Shown here in pieces: positions 43,970 through 58,295 of a DNA stretch of 64,000 nucleotides (position 1 is its first letter; each line of letters starts with the position of its first letter). The translations under genes were made by a program, and so were the position numbers. The DNA comes from Octopus vulgaris. Taxonomy: Eukaryota. The notes beneath the pieces were generated by a model. The model made no database searches, had not been told where the DNA came from, and saw only the letters and a list, made by a program, of their open reading frames with translations. The DNA lies in NCBI GenBank assembly GCA_951406725.2, contig OX597825.1:682001-746000 (forward strand), written 5' to 3'.

Positions 43970-45200
43970 TGCTTATGGCGATGAGGCAATGGGTCATACG
44001 CAATGCTTTGAGTGGCATGAGTACTTTAAAAGTGGAAAAACATCCCTGGAAGAGGATAAATCAAAACTTCCATGGGAGTTTGACATCCATACAGACAGCA
44101 GAATTAAGCCCAAGACATAAATGGAGAATGCTTTGTATTAGGCATTAGAATTCCTTCAGACAAAAAACTTTACAGTTATGGAAGTAGAAAAGATCTCAGA
44201 AATATATACTGATTGAAAAGTAGAGATATCAACGAATTTGGGATTGTCCAGCAGCAAATGTGAAAATGGTACCATTTATCTTTGGAGCATTGAGATCAGT
44301 CCCACCCCAAACTATAATATACTATCTGGAATGGTTAAACATCAAAGTAGACATGCCTACCACAAGTGTCACCCCTAGAAATGGGGAGAAAACTCATCAG
44401 CTTGTGCATGAGGATCGTCAGAAGACAATCAGTGACATTGCTGATGTTGTTGGTCTGTTGGATGAGTCTGTGAAGGCAATTGTAATGTTTGAATTGAACT
44501 TGTGGCATGTTTCTACTAAATTTTTTCTCCACCTGTTGACTACTGAGCAGAAAGAGCATCGCATTGAAATCTGTCAAAATCTCCGTCAATGTGCCGCTGA
44601 TGACCCATCCTTCATGTCGAGGATCATCACTGGTGACAAGAGTTGGGTCTGTGGGTATGAGATGAAGCAGCAGTCATCACAAAGGAAGAGGCCTTCATCT
44701 CCAAGACTGAAGAAGGCATGACAAAGCTGCAGCTCAATCAAGAGCATGCTCTTTGTTATTTTTGACATCTGCAGAATTGTGCATTGAGAATTCATCCCCC
44801 AGGGCCAGACCATCAATTGAAAGTCGTAGTGTGTTTTGAAGTGTGTGAGAGAGGCCATTCGGTGAAAGTGACTGAATCTGTGGAGCATGAACATTTGGAT
44901 TCTTTACAACAAGGCACCCTGTCACCAAGCTCTTCTCACTCGTGAGTTTCTTGCCAAAAACAACATGGTATTGCTTCAGCACCTGCCCTATTCACCAGAT
45001 TCAGCACCTGTGAACTTCCATCTCTTACCCAAGATGAAAATGCAACTCAAAGGTCACTGGTTTAACACCGTTGTCAAGATCAAGAGGAATCGCAGAAGGT
45101 CCTTGACTCGCTTATGGAAAACAACTTTCAGGCTGGATTTCAAAAGTGGCAGGAATGCTAGGGCCAGTGTATTGTTGCGCAAGACAACTATTTTGTAGAA
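43970..45200 (+). mobile_element. Degraded mariner transposase interrupted by a 300 bp insert (44057-44356)
   Basis: AYGDEAMGHTQCFEWHEYFKSGKTSLEED [insert] PTTSVT..HLLTTEQKEHRIEIC..IITGDKSW..PYSPDSAP. Confidence 0.88.
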
Positions 45201-45210
45201 GATGATGATA

Positions 45211-46030
45211 TTGGGTTGTCTGGAAAGTTTGTGCTGATTTATAGTAGCTTAACTTTCGACTTATTTAAGAACATGGTCAAGTCCATAAACTAGGATTTGA
45301 CTACACCTCCATTTAGAGCGTAGTTTAAGCTATCTTTTCGTGGAAGAAGGTTTATGTTCCTATAACCCGTGTTAACCCTGTAACCCTTTAAAATGGAAGA
45401 TAAGAAAGTTCATTTTCAGCACTTGATGCTTTTCTTTTTCTGTAAAGGGAAAAAATGCCTTACAGGCAACCAAAGAAATATGCGCAGTTTACAGTGACGT
45501 TTCTTTGTCCAAAAGAACTGTACAGAAGTGGTTTGCAAGTTTCCGAGCTGGAGATTGTAGCCTTATTGATAAAGAGTGAGCAGGCAGACCATTCACTACC
45601 GATGATGACCAAATGAAGTCATTAATTGAGAATAACCCACATTGCACAACCCGAGAATTGGCAGAAAGCCTCAACCTATCAAAATCTGTCATTCATGAGC
45701 ACCTGGTAAATCTTGGGTACACAAATCACTACGATGTTTTGGTACCAAATGAGTTGAGTGAGAAGAACCTTCTGGATTGCATTTCTATCTGTGATTTGCT
45801 TTATAAATGGAATGAAAGTGCACCTTTTTTAAAGCAAATTGTGACAGGTGATAAGAAATGGATTATCTACCGAAATGTTCAGAGAAAGTGATCCTGGAGT
45901 AAGTGACATGAGCCACCCTTAGCAACCCCAAAAGTGGGTCTTCACCCTAAAAAAGTCTTGCTTTGTGTCTGGTGGGATTGGAATGGAATTCTGTACTATG
46001 AACTTCTCTCAAGTAACCAGACAATTACTC
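45211..46030 (+). mobile_element. Second mariner (different subfamily), 5' half with left TIR
   Basis: TA|ttgggttgtctggaaagtt. From ATG 45393: MEDKKVHF..QKWFASFRAGD..LVPNELSEKN..IVTGDKKWI..LCVWWDWNGILYYELL. Confidence 0.88.
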
Positions 46031-46309
46031 AACCAGACATTTAATAATTACCTCACTGGCGATTGCACAACCTAAAATTCCTAGGTTCCATAAGGTTTGT
46101 GCAGCACCTCAACCCTCTTTCCACCCGACTGGTATGGTCCTGAGAGCATTGATATTATTTTATATTTAATTTATTCAATCCAAAATGAATTAGGTATAAA
46201 GTAATATCAATTGTATAAAAGAAGATAACCACATAAATAATGATACGATTATACGGATGAAGCAATTGTCCATTGCTAGACAGGATGGAGATGTGAGCAT
46301 GTGCTTGGA

Positions 46310-46620
46310 TGGCACTCCGTCAGTTATGATGACGAGGGTTCCAATTGAACTGATCAACAGATCAGCCTGCTCATGAAATTAATGTGCAAGTGGTTGAGTA
46401 CTCCACAGACCCTTAACATAGTTCTTAGGGAGATTCATTGCGGCACAATGTGACATGGCTGGCCCTTTAAAATATAGGTACAACTCATTTTTGCCAGTTG
46501 AGTGGACTCGAACAATTTGAAATAGAGTGTCTTGTTCAAGGACACAACTAGCTGCTGGGTATTGAACTCCCAACCTTACGATCACGAACCAAATACCCTA
46601 AGCACTAAGCCACATGCCCA
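46310..46620 (-). mobile_element. tRNA-derived SINE (second family)
   Basis: Minus strand ggcatgtggcttagtg..gagttcaatacc..gtgtccttgaacaagacac..gtccactcaactggcaaaaatgagt. Confidence 0.8.
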
Positions 46621-46949
46621 TACACACCTGTTGCAATGCAGTTATAATGTAAATAATATAATGAAAATAATGTCATGAATATTTTATTTTCTAAACAAAA
46701 TAATAAGTTTGAAGTGAGATGATTCTGTGGCAGTGTGAAATGATGACATAGTTTGGATTGGCAAAACTTACCAATCCACTTTTGTGTGGAATGATTTTAT
46801 TAGAGTTAATACTAAACTGTGGAATAGATACAGCAGATGGTACTTTGATGATACAGAGATATAAAATGAAACTATATTTGAGAATAAGAATAAAAATAAT
46901 ATGAAATAAAAAGTGTGTAGATTAAAATGATAGAGAAGAGATTTGAATG

Positions 46950-48050
46950 CGGTATAAGGTTCAAATTTACTGTATGTTGGTTACATCATTTCTCTGGGTC
47001 TAGGACATGATTTAGAAGTGGTGAGTTTGCAAAGAAGTTGCTTCATTTGTACATAGAATGTGGTATGTTCTATTGCCTCTGTAGAATGCTTTTGTTGGGA
47101 TCTTCCATGGAATGTTGTATCCTAAGGTGGTATAGAAGTACTTTATGTGCTAGTGATAGCTTGATAGATTAGCCATGTTCCTCTTAGAAAGGTTTCTAAA
47201 TGAATGGAAATGTTGACAATATCTTTACTTAAAATCACTTGTAGCAAGCCCTATATAAGCTTTTGTAGAGGAGCTGGTTGTAAGAGTGCACTGTATATAT
47301 ATTTTTGTAGGCAATTCTAGTTAATGGAGTATGCTCTGAGATTACTACAATTGCAACTGGATCTATATATCTAGTTTGAATTATATATAGATACTGTTTC
47401 TATGTTAATCCTTTCTATTTTAGTAGAATATAGTTAAATTAGAGGAGGTAATATTTTGAGGTAGATTAGGAAAAGTGAAGGTGTATATTTTAATAGTATA
47501 TTAATTAAATATTGTACTTATGTTATTTAGGAAAGGGTTTGTGGAAAAGGGGAAGAAACTCTGGCTTTGCTACCTTCAACTTAAGGGGCAGATTATAGCA
47601 TATTATATTTCTTGATGTATGTTTATGTCCATTCCTTTTGTAGATTCTATTATCTTTATTGATATCTTTGATATTCTCCATGGACTCACAGTTTTTTTTA
47701 TGACAGATGTGTGTGTGTGTCTGTGTGTATAAACGTGTAAAGGAGTGAAATATGGAATAGATATAGACTGTAACTTATTTCTCTGCAAAGAAAGTGAAAA
47801 GAAAGACATATAAAATGTATTCGAGAGTAAAATAAAGGAAATTTGTAAAGTTAGTAATATAGTTAATATAAATAGTGAAAATAGTGTTACTTATGTTTAG
47901 GAAGCTATAATTGCAAGTTTTTCAATGTCTTTTAAGCAAATAAGTAAAGACGTGAAGGTAAATGTCTAATCCTATTAGAAGTTATGGTATTAGAAGAAGT
48001 AAAATCCAATAAAATTGTGATGTCACTTCAGTACCAAGTGGGAGACAAGT
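46950..48050 (-). mobile_element. Degraded Penelope-like element (GIY-YIG region)
   Basis: Minus-strand translation near 47270-47140: KAYIGLATSDFK*RYCQHFHSFRNLSKRNMANLSSY. Upstream extent is uncertain. Confidence 0.65.
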
Positions 48051-48929
48051 AATCAAGTCACTAGCACACCATGTAGGAGGAGGAGGAGGAGGAAGGAAGA
48101 GATGAAGAAGAAGAAGAAGAAAATGAGAGAGTAAGAGTTAGAGAAAGTGCAAAGAGAAGAAGCAAATGTGTGAAAAGAAGAAAGACAAAGATATGTCTGG
48201 GTAGGAAAAGGGTGTAAAGCAGTGAAACGGGGTAAAGCAGTTGGCTGAGAAAAATATGTAAGGAATGGAATGTCGGAGGATGCAGGTTGCTGCGTAACAA
48301 GACATGGGTAAAAATGAAATAATTAATTTGATGCCATGAATCTGCAGAGTGGAAGAGATAGGTTGGGAAGATCAGTGAGTAGCTTCTAATAATTAGAATA
48401 ATTCGTAGTGTTGTCTTAATGTTAATTCATACCATCATAACGATCTGTCTTCAATTTCTTTGTGTATTTCTTTTTTTTACCCAAACTATTTTCACTTCAG
48501 ACTTTAGGATGGTTTAAAATTAAAATTAAAATATCAATTTGTGCTATTTTAAGGTTAATTTAAGCCCACCCCATACCTGACTATCATAACCTTCCCACTG
48601 ATTCTTGTTTACTGAAATGTTCTCTTATATGGTCTGCCAATGTCATGATTATCTTTTTACCTGGATGACTGAACAACGAGAATCAGCTGTAGAACAGGTG
48701 TTTAAATTGAGCCACATTGACATAATGCTTATCCCCCCCCCTGCAATCTGGTTCCACACTGTCAGGGTGACTCATAAGCAACTGATGAAATGTTGCATGC
48801 TTGGTCAATAGAAAGTATTCCTCTTTCTTTCTGCATCAACATCCTTGCTCAAGAATAGATAATGGTTTAAGATGTTGTTAATGACTTCATGTTTGGAGAA
48901 CATTAGTCGCTGATTTTCACTGTTCATCA

Positions 48930-49230
48930 CTTAAAGGTTTTATTATTATGGTGTTGTACTGAGAAATATCTGTCTAGGAAATCTAAGAGCTTCCTGAATA
49001 TAGTCACTAAAAGACAGTAAAATCAAATATAACATTGAATGGAGAGTGCTCAAGAAGCCAAAAGCATTTATTAATGGCAGCAAGATGTGCAAATTTGTTT
49101 GATTGAAAGGGTACATATTCTAAAACACCTTCAAGATCCTAAAGATCCTGAATTCCAAATATCAACATTTTCACAAGATGCCCTCTCATGGGTAAGTACA
49201 TACTAGAGAACTGGAAAGTTCAGTCTCCAG
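48930..49230 (+). mobile_element. Degraded Penelope-like GIY-YIG C-terminus
   Basis: YNIEWRVLKKPKAFINGSKMCK..LIERVHILKH resembles the PLE W-x-I..C-x-LC..EK motif. Confidence 0.55.
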
Positions 49231-49904
49231 ATTGCAAACCACAATTGGGAACTACTTTATTGTGAAAAGCAGTTTCCCTTATGTTCCAATGCTTCTTTTC
49301 TCACTTCCTGTCCTCCTTTTTGTTTTTCTCTTTTTAGCCCCCCCCCCCAACTTCTCTTTTAAACAGCTCCACAACCATTTCTAATTTCTTCTTTTATATT
49401 TTCTTCCTCTATCCTTTGCCTCTCTAAATTCCAGTTTGCTCACTTTTTACTTTCTATGAAGCATCAGGTTTATCACCTAAAGCCAGGCTACCTTCACTCA
49501 TGAACCATTACTATTTTCATGCTGACTATTAGCTTATATACACAATCCGAAATTTATGGTCCTTTCTTTAGAATCAATCTTTAGAAAAATTTTCAGATCA
49601 ATTTTGAAGTTCTTGTTTTCTTATCATAAATTGTACAAAGGAATTGATTATGGCCTCTGATTCTTACAGTTCTTCCAGATATTTTCATCTTCTGTGAGAC
49701 TTGACAGAGCAACCATATTGGATAATTCATTTGTTATTAAGATAAGACAAATAATTGTAAGATTTTTTTCTTTGGGTCCTTCAAGGCCTGTTTCTTAGAT
49801 GAAACCAGAGCATTGAACAATTGAACAAATGCATATGAAGTAATTGTGCTAAATATTTCACTTTTCACCAAAATTATGTTCCCTCAGTACTTGTTAACTT
49901 ATAT

Positions 49905-49944
<40 letters not shown>

Positions 49945-50201
49945 GCATTATAATGGACTGATTGAAGACAGGTACTATTGTTCTCAGGTGGTACCACACC
50001 TAAAGGAAGCAATGCACACCCACACCCACCCTCAACTGATCTCTTCATACTTTCTTTATACCAGTTTTATGCACAAAGCATCAGGTGATCAGAGGCTATA
50101 AGTAGAAAACGCTTGGCCAAGGTGTCACACTGTGGGACTGAACCTAAAACTCTATGATTGTGAAATAAACTGAACCAAACTGTTAGGTTTGTGCATATAT
50201 A

Positions 50202-50285
<84 letters not shown>

Positions 50286-50919
50286 CAATAATGAGGTAAG
50301 AGAAATTACTCACAGTGGCTAGTGGTATATATTCAAACAACATAGGCATGTACAGGTATATCAAATATCATAGAACATAAATGTTTGATTCATTAAAATA
50401 ATCCCTACCTGTAGAAGGTGTATCATAATTACCAAAATGGCAGTTAAGACCAACTCCATATGAGAGGGAGAACTAATCTTAAGAATCAAGTCTTCTCAAA
50501 AGCTGACTTGCCAGTCAGGAAAAGACATGCTTATTGCCTGGAACCATCTACACACACACACACACACACATGTATGGTAGTAGAGACAGTGAATCTTCCA
50601 ACTGTACCAAGGAAACTATGTTTCAATTGGCTTTTTTTTAAATTGCTGATAGTATCTGTAAGGTTGCAGCTCATGACAGATGTATTACAGTTTTGGGGCA
50701 ATAAAATGAGGTTAGAAAACAGAACTGAAATAGACACCACTGGGAATCCGGTTCTATGCATCAACAATTCCACATTTACACTACTCTGGACTGGTGCTTT
50801 TTTTATCCCCCCACAAAAGGATGAAAGGCCAAGCTGGTCTTAACAGGATTTGAATAGAGTGTCAGAACAAGTACCATGAGGTATTCTGTCCAACAGTCTA
50901 ATGACTGCTAGTAAATATA

Positions 50920-51250
50920 TGCACATAACTCAATGGTTAGAGCATCAGGCTCACAATCATGAGGTAGTGAGTTCAATTCCTGGACCGGGCTCTGTGTTGT
51001 GTTCTTGGGCAAGACTCTTTATTTCCCATCGCTCCAGTTTACTCAACTGTAGAAATGAGTTGCAATGTCACTAGGGCCAAGCTCTATCAACCATCGCCTT
51101 TCCCTGGGATAAAATCAGAGGAGAGGCTGGTATGCATGGGCAATTGCTGGTCTTTCACAGATAAATCTGCCCAAACTTATGCCTTGGAGGGGAACATTCT
51201 AGGTTCAATCCCATGGTCATTCATGACTGAAGGGGCTCTTACCCATTTTT
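50920..51250 (+). mobile_element. tRNA-derived SINE
   Basis: taactcaatggttagagc..gagttcaattcc..gtgttcttgggcaagac..ttactcaactgtagaaatgagt. Confidence 0.78.
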
Positions 51251-51474
51251 ATGATAAAATGGTACAATACACATACATAAACACACACAGGTACATACAT
51301 GCACACATATAAATCTATAATGTATATATAATACACCTACACACACACACACACATATAATAGGCAACTGCAGGGGTTTCAGATTGATTGAACAGATTAT
51401 GAAAGAAATGAAAGGTAATTATAGCATAATTGATTAGGAACAGAATAATCCCAAATTGGATACAGCCCACCAGT

Positions 51475-51477
<3 letters not shown>

Positions 51478-51538
<61 letters not shown>
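51478..51538. repeat. (GA)n microsatellite
   Basis: Directly visible. Confidence 0.97.
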
Positions 51539-51539
<1 letters not shown>

Positions 51540-51639
51540 ACAGCTTGGAGTAATCCTTAATCCTGTATGTCTGGCGTCTGTTGCATTGAGACCCTTGACA
51601 GGGTTTCAGATTCTCTTGTATTGTGGTCACTAAGAAAAC

Positions 51640-52750
51640 TGGGGATAAATAACTGGCTTGTGAGGGTCATACAAACCCTGTCCACCAGTGCACTTAACAA
51701 GGTGTGAGCAATGAATTTAGCATCAGGTAAGGGTCTATCAGGGTACAGCTATCTGTTTTCTGTTCATGGAAGTTCTCCAAGCTAAAACATATAAGTTTCA
51801 AACTGGCTGTTTGTTGGAATTCCTGTATGCTGATGATAACTGAATTCATAATGGATTTAGGGGGAGAAAAAAGAAATCCAAATATGGAAACAAAACTTTG
51901 GATTGAAGTAAATGTGGCAAAGATACAAGTTTTAATGAGTAATAAAGAAGAGAAGATCTTGCAGTCATTTAGGAAATGGCCATACTCAGTATGTAGGAAG
52001 TGAATAGTTAGAAATTCTGTATGATGTTACCAGTATAAAATATGGAAGCACAAGATTTTATAGTGGGTTTAGAGAGCTGACAGAGAAGGAAGGATTCATT
52101 TGTATCAGATGCAGACGAGATGTTAGCAGTAAGAAAATACATGAAATAAATGATTTCAAATGTTTAGTAGTTGATTGGTTTTTGTTGCCAAGGTGATCTA
52201 CTTAGTAGCAAAAGTGGGTGTACCAAAAGCTTAGTAGCTAAGTCAAGAAGGAAGAAGAAAAGTTCAGAGAGCTGTTACTTCTGCTGGTAATAAAGAGTTT
52301 CTCTGAGAGTAAAGAGAATATTGTAAGGCTGCTGGTGTGCAAACTGTGATGCAGCATGGCAGCAAGATGAGGGCCTTAAATGCGAAAGATTTGTGATAGC
52401 TAGAAAGCAATGAAGCAAGCATGCTCTGCTGGATGTGTAATATTAGTGTGCATAAACGAGGAAGCAAAATAAGGCAAAGCTGAGTATAAGAGGCATCAGA
52501 TGTTGGGCATTTGATGTGTATGAAGAATGTCAGTTATATTAAAAATCCCTGAGTGTTTGGAGTAGATGAAACTTATGAAAGTAGACCTAAGACGACTTGG
52601 AACAAAGTGGTAAAGTATAATCTCAAGATACTGAACCTCACAAAAGGGTTGACAAAGAACCACAATAAGTGGTAAGACATGGTACTAGTGATGATCCACC
52701 AATATGTGTAAAGCATAGCAAAACAGTCGTTAAAATGGTGGTGGTAATGG
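51640..52750 (+). mobile_element. Degraded RTE-clade RT 3' half
   Basis: EFLYADD, GLKVNVAK, GKWPYSVCRK, KKFRELLLLL, NEASMLCWMCNIS, RPKTTWNKVVK. Ends gtcgttaaaatggtggtgg, a decayed form of the (ATG)n tail. Confidence 0.8.
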
Positions 52751-52854
52751 CTGTTGGGCAGTATAATATATCTAAACTTGGGTTTCTCTTTTATTATATT
52801 ATATCCTAATAACCCTATCTACAGCCTTTTTCATTACTCTCTCAAATATCACTC

Positions 52855-52974
52855 ACAAGCAGTATAACTTGGCTTTGCCCGGGATTAAGTTAGGATTATT
52901 AAGCTAATCGAGTTCTTATTTCAAACCAAAGTAACATCGACGTCAAATTTGGGTGAAATCCGTTGAAATTGGTT

Positions 52975-52975
<1 letters not shown>
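52855..52975 (-). mobile_element. Possible short Helitron-type 3' end
   Basis: acaagcagtataacttggctttgcccggg resembles the actagctgacatacccggtaattccgagg end at 61772. Confidence 0.35.
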
Positions 52976-53006
<31 letters not shown>

Positions 53007-53866
53007 TATATGGACAACACACATACACACACGTATGTACGTACACCTATTGCATACATGTTTTTGTATGCATACATGTTCGTGTGTGTGTGTGTGTGTG
53101 TGTTGCCTGCATATCAACAAAACACTTTTTTCCTCGATGGAAAAAAAGCAACAAAAATCTTAACGAAAACTTACTCATCGCTAGAAGGGGACTTAACTCC
53201 TGTTTGGAGAGATGGTAATTTCTCTGACTTGAAAATTGTTAAAAGATTTGGTTGAAAATTTATTTTTACTGCTATTTGCTGGTGCCTCTGGGAAAAATAA
53301 GTTGATGAAAATACAGCTAGGGTCATGAATGTCCTCCTAAAATTGGAGCAACATGCGTGCTAATTTGTGGATGTGCATAAATTACATTCACGTACAGAGA
53401 CACACACATCCTGCCTTTTATATATACAGATTCTCTTGCTTGTTCATTGCACTGCCTTACTCGTACAAAAAGGTAGGCTGTTGTACCTGTTTGTATGCAG
53501 TCTTCTGTACTATCACTCACTCTCTCTCTCTCTCTGTCATTATGACAACTGTGTAACAGAGAGAAGTTCGTTATCATTCTCTCATATCCCTCTTCAATGA
53601 AACCCACCACTCTGTTGTGCCATCACCCACCTTTATTGTCATCATTCACTCTCTCTCTCTCATACACACATTACACCTTCACCTCAAATTACTTCATTCA
53701 TTGTTGATTTCTATTTCTTCCATCCCTTCCTGCCCTGTTTGCTCTGTCAAACAAATCACATTCACACATTTGCTATCTTTTTCATCTTCTCTGTTGCGTT
53801 TGTCTTGAAGCAGTAACATGGAATAGAGAAGGCTCTTTGGTCTTGCAGGAAGCAAAACAGCCTCAA

Positions 53867-54445
53867 CGGGGTGTGTTCAAAGACTATCCAACTTTATTTC
53901 TCTGCTGACACTCTCCACATGCACAAATCCTCCATTAAAAAGGAATGCACTGATCCTGTGTTCATTCCCACTTTGTGACTAATTTCTGTGATCGTTACAT
54001 GATAGGCTTCCATAACTATTTGCCAAACCTTCTCAATTGGTTCCTTGTTTCTGCTTGTGGATGGCCAATTTGGGTGCACCTCACTCTCCACTGAGGTGTG
54101 ACCACGTTGGAAGTGGTTGTACCATCCCTGGATCTGAGTTTTGCCCAAAGGCCTTCTGAATCTTCTGCTCCAGCTTGGGCTTGAGTATCACCAAGCTTTT
54201 GGCAAAACTTGATGCAATATCTCTGCTTGGTGCATTTGGCCATCTTGTATGAAAACAAAAATCTGACAAGCACCCACTACACGTCTAGGCATAACGGCCA
54301 GTAGCTGACGTGGCCTACCAGTGTGAAGATTTTCATGCCTGCACAGGAAGGGTAGTATCACCTTGCACCCAAAGAATTTTGCCCCCCATGCAGCATTAGT
54401 TTTGGTTGGAAAAAATAAAGTTGCATACTTTTTGAATGCCCCTCG
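53867..54445 (-). mobile_element. Internally deleted mariner with both TIRs
   Basis: cggggtgtgttcaaagactatccaactttattt versus the reverse complement cgaggggcattcaaaaagtatgcaactttattt. KQRYCIKFCQKLGD..GWYNHFQRGHTSVESE. Confidence 0.8.
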
Positions 54446-55187
54446 TATAGCTGGTGCCAGGGTTAGAATGCATCCTCCCTGTAAAGAGACTGGCAAACAA
54501 CAAAGAGCAGAGAAGAAGACCCTTTAGTTGTATAGAGGACATGACGATTACACTTGTGCTGGTGCTACAATAAAATGCACCCAGTATTGCCTGTAAAGCA
54601 GTAGGGGTTAAGACAAGCATCCAGCTATAGAAACCAATGCCATATAAGATGTCTGAATGTGGTGCCCCAACTTTTCTAAAAGAGCAGAATAACTCTGAAC
54701 AGGAGCTGACTCTGACTGTAGCAACTCATTCAACCCGTATCTTTATGGAAAATAGGCGTACATAAAATGGCACCATATAGCTACATGGGTGTGTGTGTGT
54801 GTGTGTGTGTGTGTGTTAAAATAAAAAGAAAAGAAAAGAATAATGAACAAAGAGTTAAAACAAAACGAGAAAATGTTAATACATTACCATCATCTTCAGC
54901 TATACCTGAAAGTAGACCGAATGCATTATTTATTAGTTTTCAAGAAAAAAAAAAAAATTTAAAATTATGTGTGTATGTATATATATATATATATATGTAT
55001 ATACTATCATTATAATTATTATTATAGAGTAAGTAAATATGACTAGTTTTCCATAACTTCAAGTTTCATGCTAAATTAAGCATTAATCAGATGGTTATGA
55101 TTTGAGCAAAGGCTTTCTCTGGAATTGGGAGTATAACTTTGCTTTTATTCTATGGCAGAGTGCTGTCAATATCTGGTTGGGCATATG

Positions 55188-55380
55188 ATGGCAAGCTGAC
55201 AGAATTGTTAGCAAAGTGGTTATTCATTTTTACATTCTGAATTCGAATTCTGCCAAGTCAACTTTGCTTTTTCCTTTTAAGGTTGATGAAATAAGTACCA
55301 GTTGGACACTGGGGTTGATTTAACCAACTGAGCTCCTCCCCCAAATCTGCTGGCCCTGTGCCAAAATTTGAAACCAATAA
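55188..55380 (+). mobile_element. Old short SINE-like element
   Basis: tggcaagctgacagaattgttagc..ttcgaattctgcc..aaataagtaccag..ctggggttgattt; shares the ataagtac..ggggtcgattt segment with the 33200 SINE. Confidence 0.6.
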
Positions 55381-56704
55381 CTGATTGGGTGTGAAAAAAT
55401 ATCAGTAGAGAAGAATATTTAACAGGCTTATATATATTATATTACACACACACACAGAAGTGTATGTGTACATTGATACACACACACAAAATACACAGAC
55501 TGACACACATATACACACAACTTCTGTGATGTGTGGTACTTCCTCTTCATTGTTTATTCAAACACACACACACACTTACACACGTGTATTTTTAAAGGAA
55601 TATAACAGAGTCTAAGAAAATCAGAAATGGTTTGCATCAGTAAAAGTTATAATGAAAAGTTTATGACTTTGGATTAGTTTACATGCCATGGAGAAAAGAG
55701 GAAATCATTATAAAGGGACAACCTTGGAACTTCAGATCCCTTTTCTCTACACAACATACAAACTTATCTATGCACATGGTCATCTACTATATATGTATGT
55801 ATATATATGGTGAACGTTTTATAAATGTATACCATTATCCTCATCCTTTTTATGTCTTCTCATTCAGTTAAAGCATTTCATGCTTAATTGAATGTGAAGG
55901 TCCAATTAAAGGAAATAACACACACATATATTTAAAACACTTATTTTTCAATAAGTGAAAAATAAAATGGGAAGTTGTTGACGAAGTGTGGTAGTCCTGA
56001 TAGAGGTGATTTATTAATTTCTGTTGATCTGGAAGAGTTTATAAGGGAAAACCTGCAATGTGAAAATCTGATTATATTATATGTTAATTTAAATTTCTCA
56101 TTCAATTACAATAGCTAGAAGAAGTCTTTTAATGTTGACATCTATTAAAGTTTTCAAAACTATTTTTTAAGTAATCATTTTGGATTAGTTTTCCCCAAAA
56201 GATGTTAAAATTATTAGTTGTATTGTTTAGTAACTCATATTTTTCCATGATAACTTCGATAAAAAGTTTGTGGTCATATTAATATCTTTTGAAATTTTCT
56301 TCAATCACCCTTTATGGCTTGTATGTCATTATTGTTATTAATTAAACTTACTTTACCGAAATAGATGACTACCTTATTACAGTTTTGTGTTAGGGATTAT
56401 TTTCAGTAAATGTGATTGAATCCAATGAGCCCTGAACAATTTTAACTTTATTAATTTTGACACAGAGAAAAGCAGATTAAACTGTGTAATGTTATATCTT
56501 ATTGCACTGGAATAAAGTTACTCTCATAATGGACTCTTCTATTCTTTACAGCACTATTGTTATAAGGTTCTGTTTTATTAAATATTTCTTTATTTACCAA
56601 GGACTCTTTTGCATATGTTTTTGAAAATAAAAGGGTAAGAATTTTGATTTATGCACATAAATTTTCTTTCAGTTGTGGTTAGTATCTGTCTTTAAATTTA
56701 ATGT

Positions 56705-56740
<36 letters not shown>

Positions 56741-56823
56741 TAAGAGAGTGGTCACTATATTGCTCACTCTAGCACCAGTTAATATACTATTAAATTAGTA
56801 TCTAATTCTCTCACCCTTATTAA

Positions 56824-56868
<45 letters not shown>

Positions 56869-57679
56869 TATATATATATAAAGTAACAATGCTCACATTC
56901 GCAAATATCATGATTCTAATGTTGAAACCATTAAATAGATATTTCTTGTATTTATCTAATTTTGGCCACAAAGAGTGGTGCACAAATGCCAACCCATTGC
57001 CTTTACATTAACTGATATCTAATGTTTTGAATCTAGTATTTAAGATGTCTACAATGTACAGAGTAAAATACCATCATACTTCAGTGTTACCAGCCAAGAC
57101 TAAAATAATGTCAAACTGACCAGAATTATTTCTGCCAAGGCAGAATTATCAAATTCTGTATTTAGAGTGAATCATAATGAAGATAGTTTATAATTTGTAA
57201 ATAACAGACAAACCAATATTTTTTCTATCTTATGAATTATTGTATGTTCATAAAGGATTGCTGTTATGTTCATTTTATGCTTTTGCTTTCGGTCGTATCC
57301 AACAACTTCAGCAATGAATATCTCCATCATATACTCTAACAACAACAGCTAAACCTGTGGGATGAGATGGCATTCTGCCAATACTTCTTGGCACTTGATG
57401 AAAGTTCAGTTTCATAAGAGAAGCATTCCCACTCAGCATCTTGAACGTGGTGGACACCAACCGCATTCATCACTTGATATCATTCAAATATGTTGCTAAC
57501 AATAAACTTTACTTTTTTTCACTTTTTAAGTGTTTTTGCAGGTGTGTTATTGGTTTCCATGTTGGTAGTTTGGGTGTGTCTGTGTGTATGTTTGTTGTTT
57601 GTGTGTGTGTGTATGGGCTTGTAGTTCATGTATGTTTGTGATTTGTATGTGTGCATCTATGTGGTTTGAAGCTATGAAT

Positions 57680-57719
<40 letters not shown>

Positions 57720-58252
57720 AGTTGGTTGACTTCAGTTGACTTAGAATCTTATCTGTACTGAATTTTAGGTATTATTAGAGTGCTGATGTTGATGTTCCTT
57801 GTTGACTTTCTGACCTTTAACTCTGCACTTCTGAAGCCCTGTCGAATATAAAAATCCATCACTAGAAAAACCAAGTGATGGTTGTTGACAGGAAAAGCAT
57901 CCAGCCATAAAGTATCACCTCAAAATCGGTTTCCTGTCCGAGCTGAGCTGGAAAACTTTATATATAGTCACTGCGAGGATATATTAACCTCTTAAAGGGA
58001 TGATTTCATCCAAGTTACACTGGTTTAATATCTTTTATTGTTGAGAAATATCTCTTCAATATAAATAGGTATATTATAAATATCAAATATTATTAATAGG
58101 GGTCTTAATTAACAATATGTTAATTATATCCATTTAAACTCTCCATTTTTTTTACTTAATAATATATATATATTTGTAGAAAATAGAAATAAGTGGTTTT
58201 TGACTGCTATTTCTAAATTTTCGGTATGTGGCTAAGCAACCTGTTGCTTACC

Positions 58253-58295
<43 letters not shown>

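Noticed and set aside
57260-57500. Higher-complexity island with a short minus-strand ORF ending CCC
   Set aside because: About 44 codons with no homology I can recognise; a decayed repeat is as likely as an exon.
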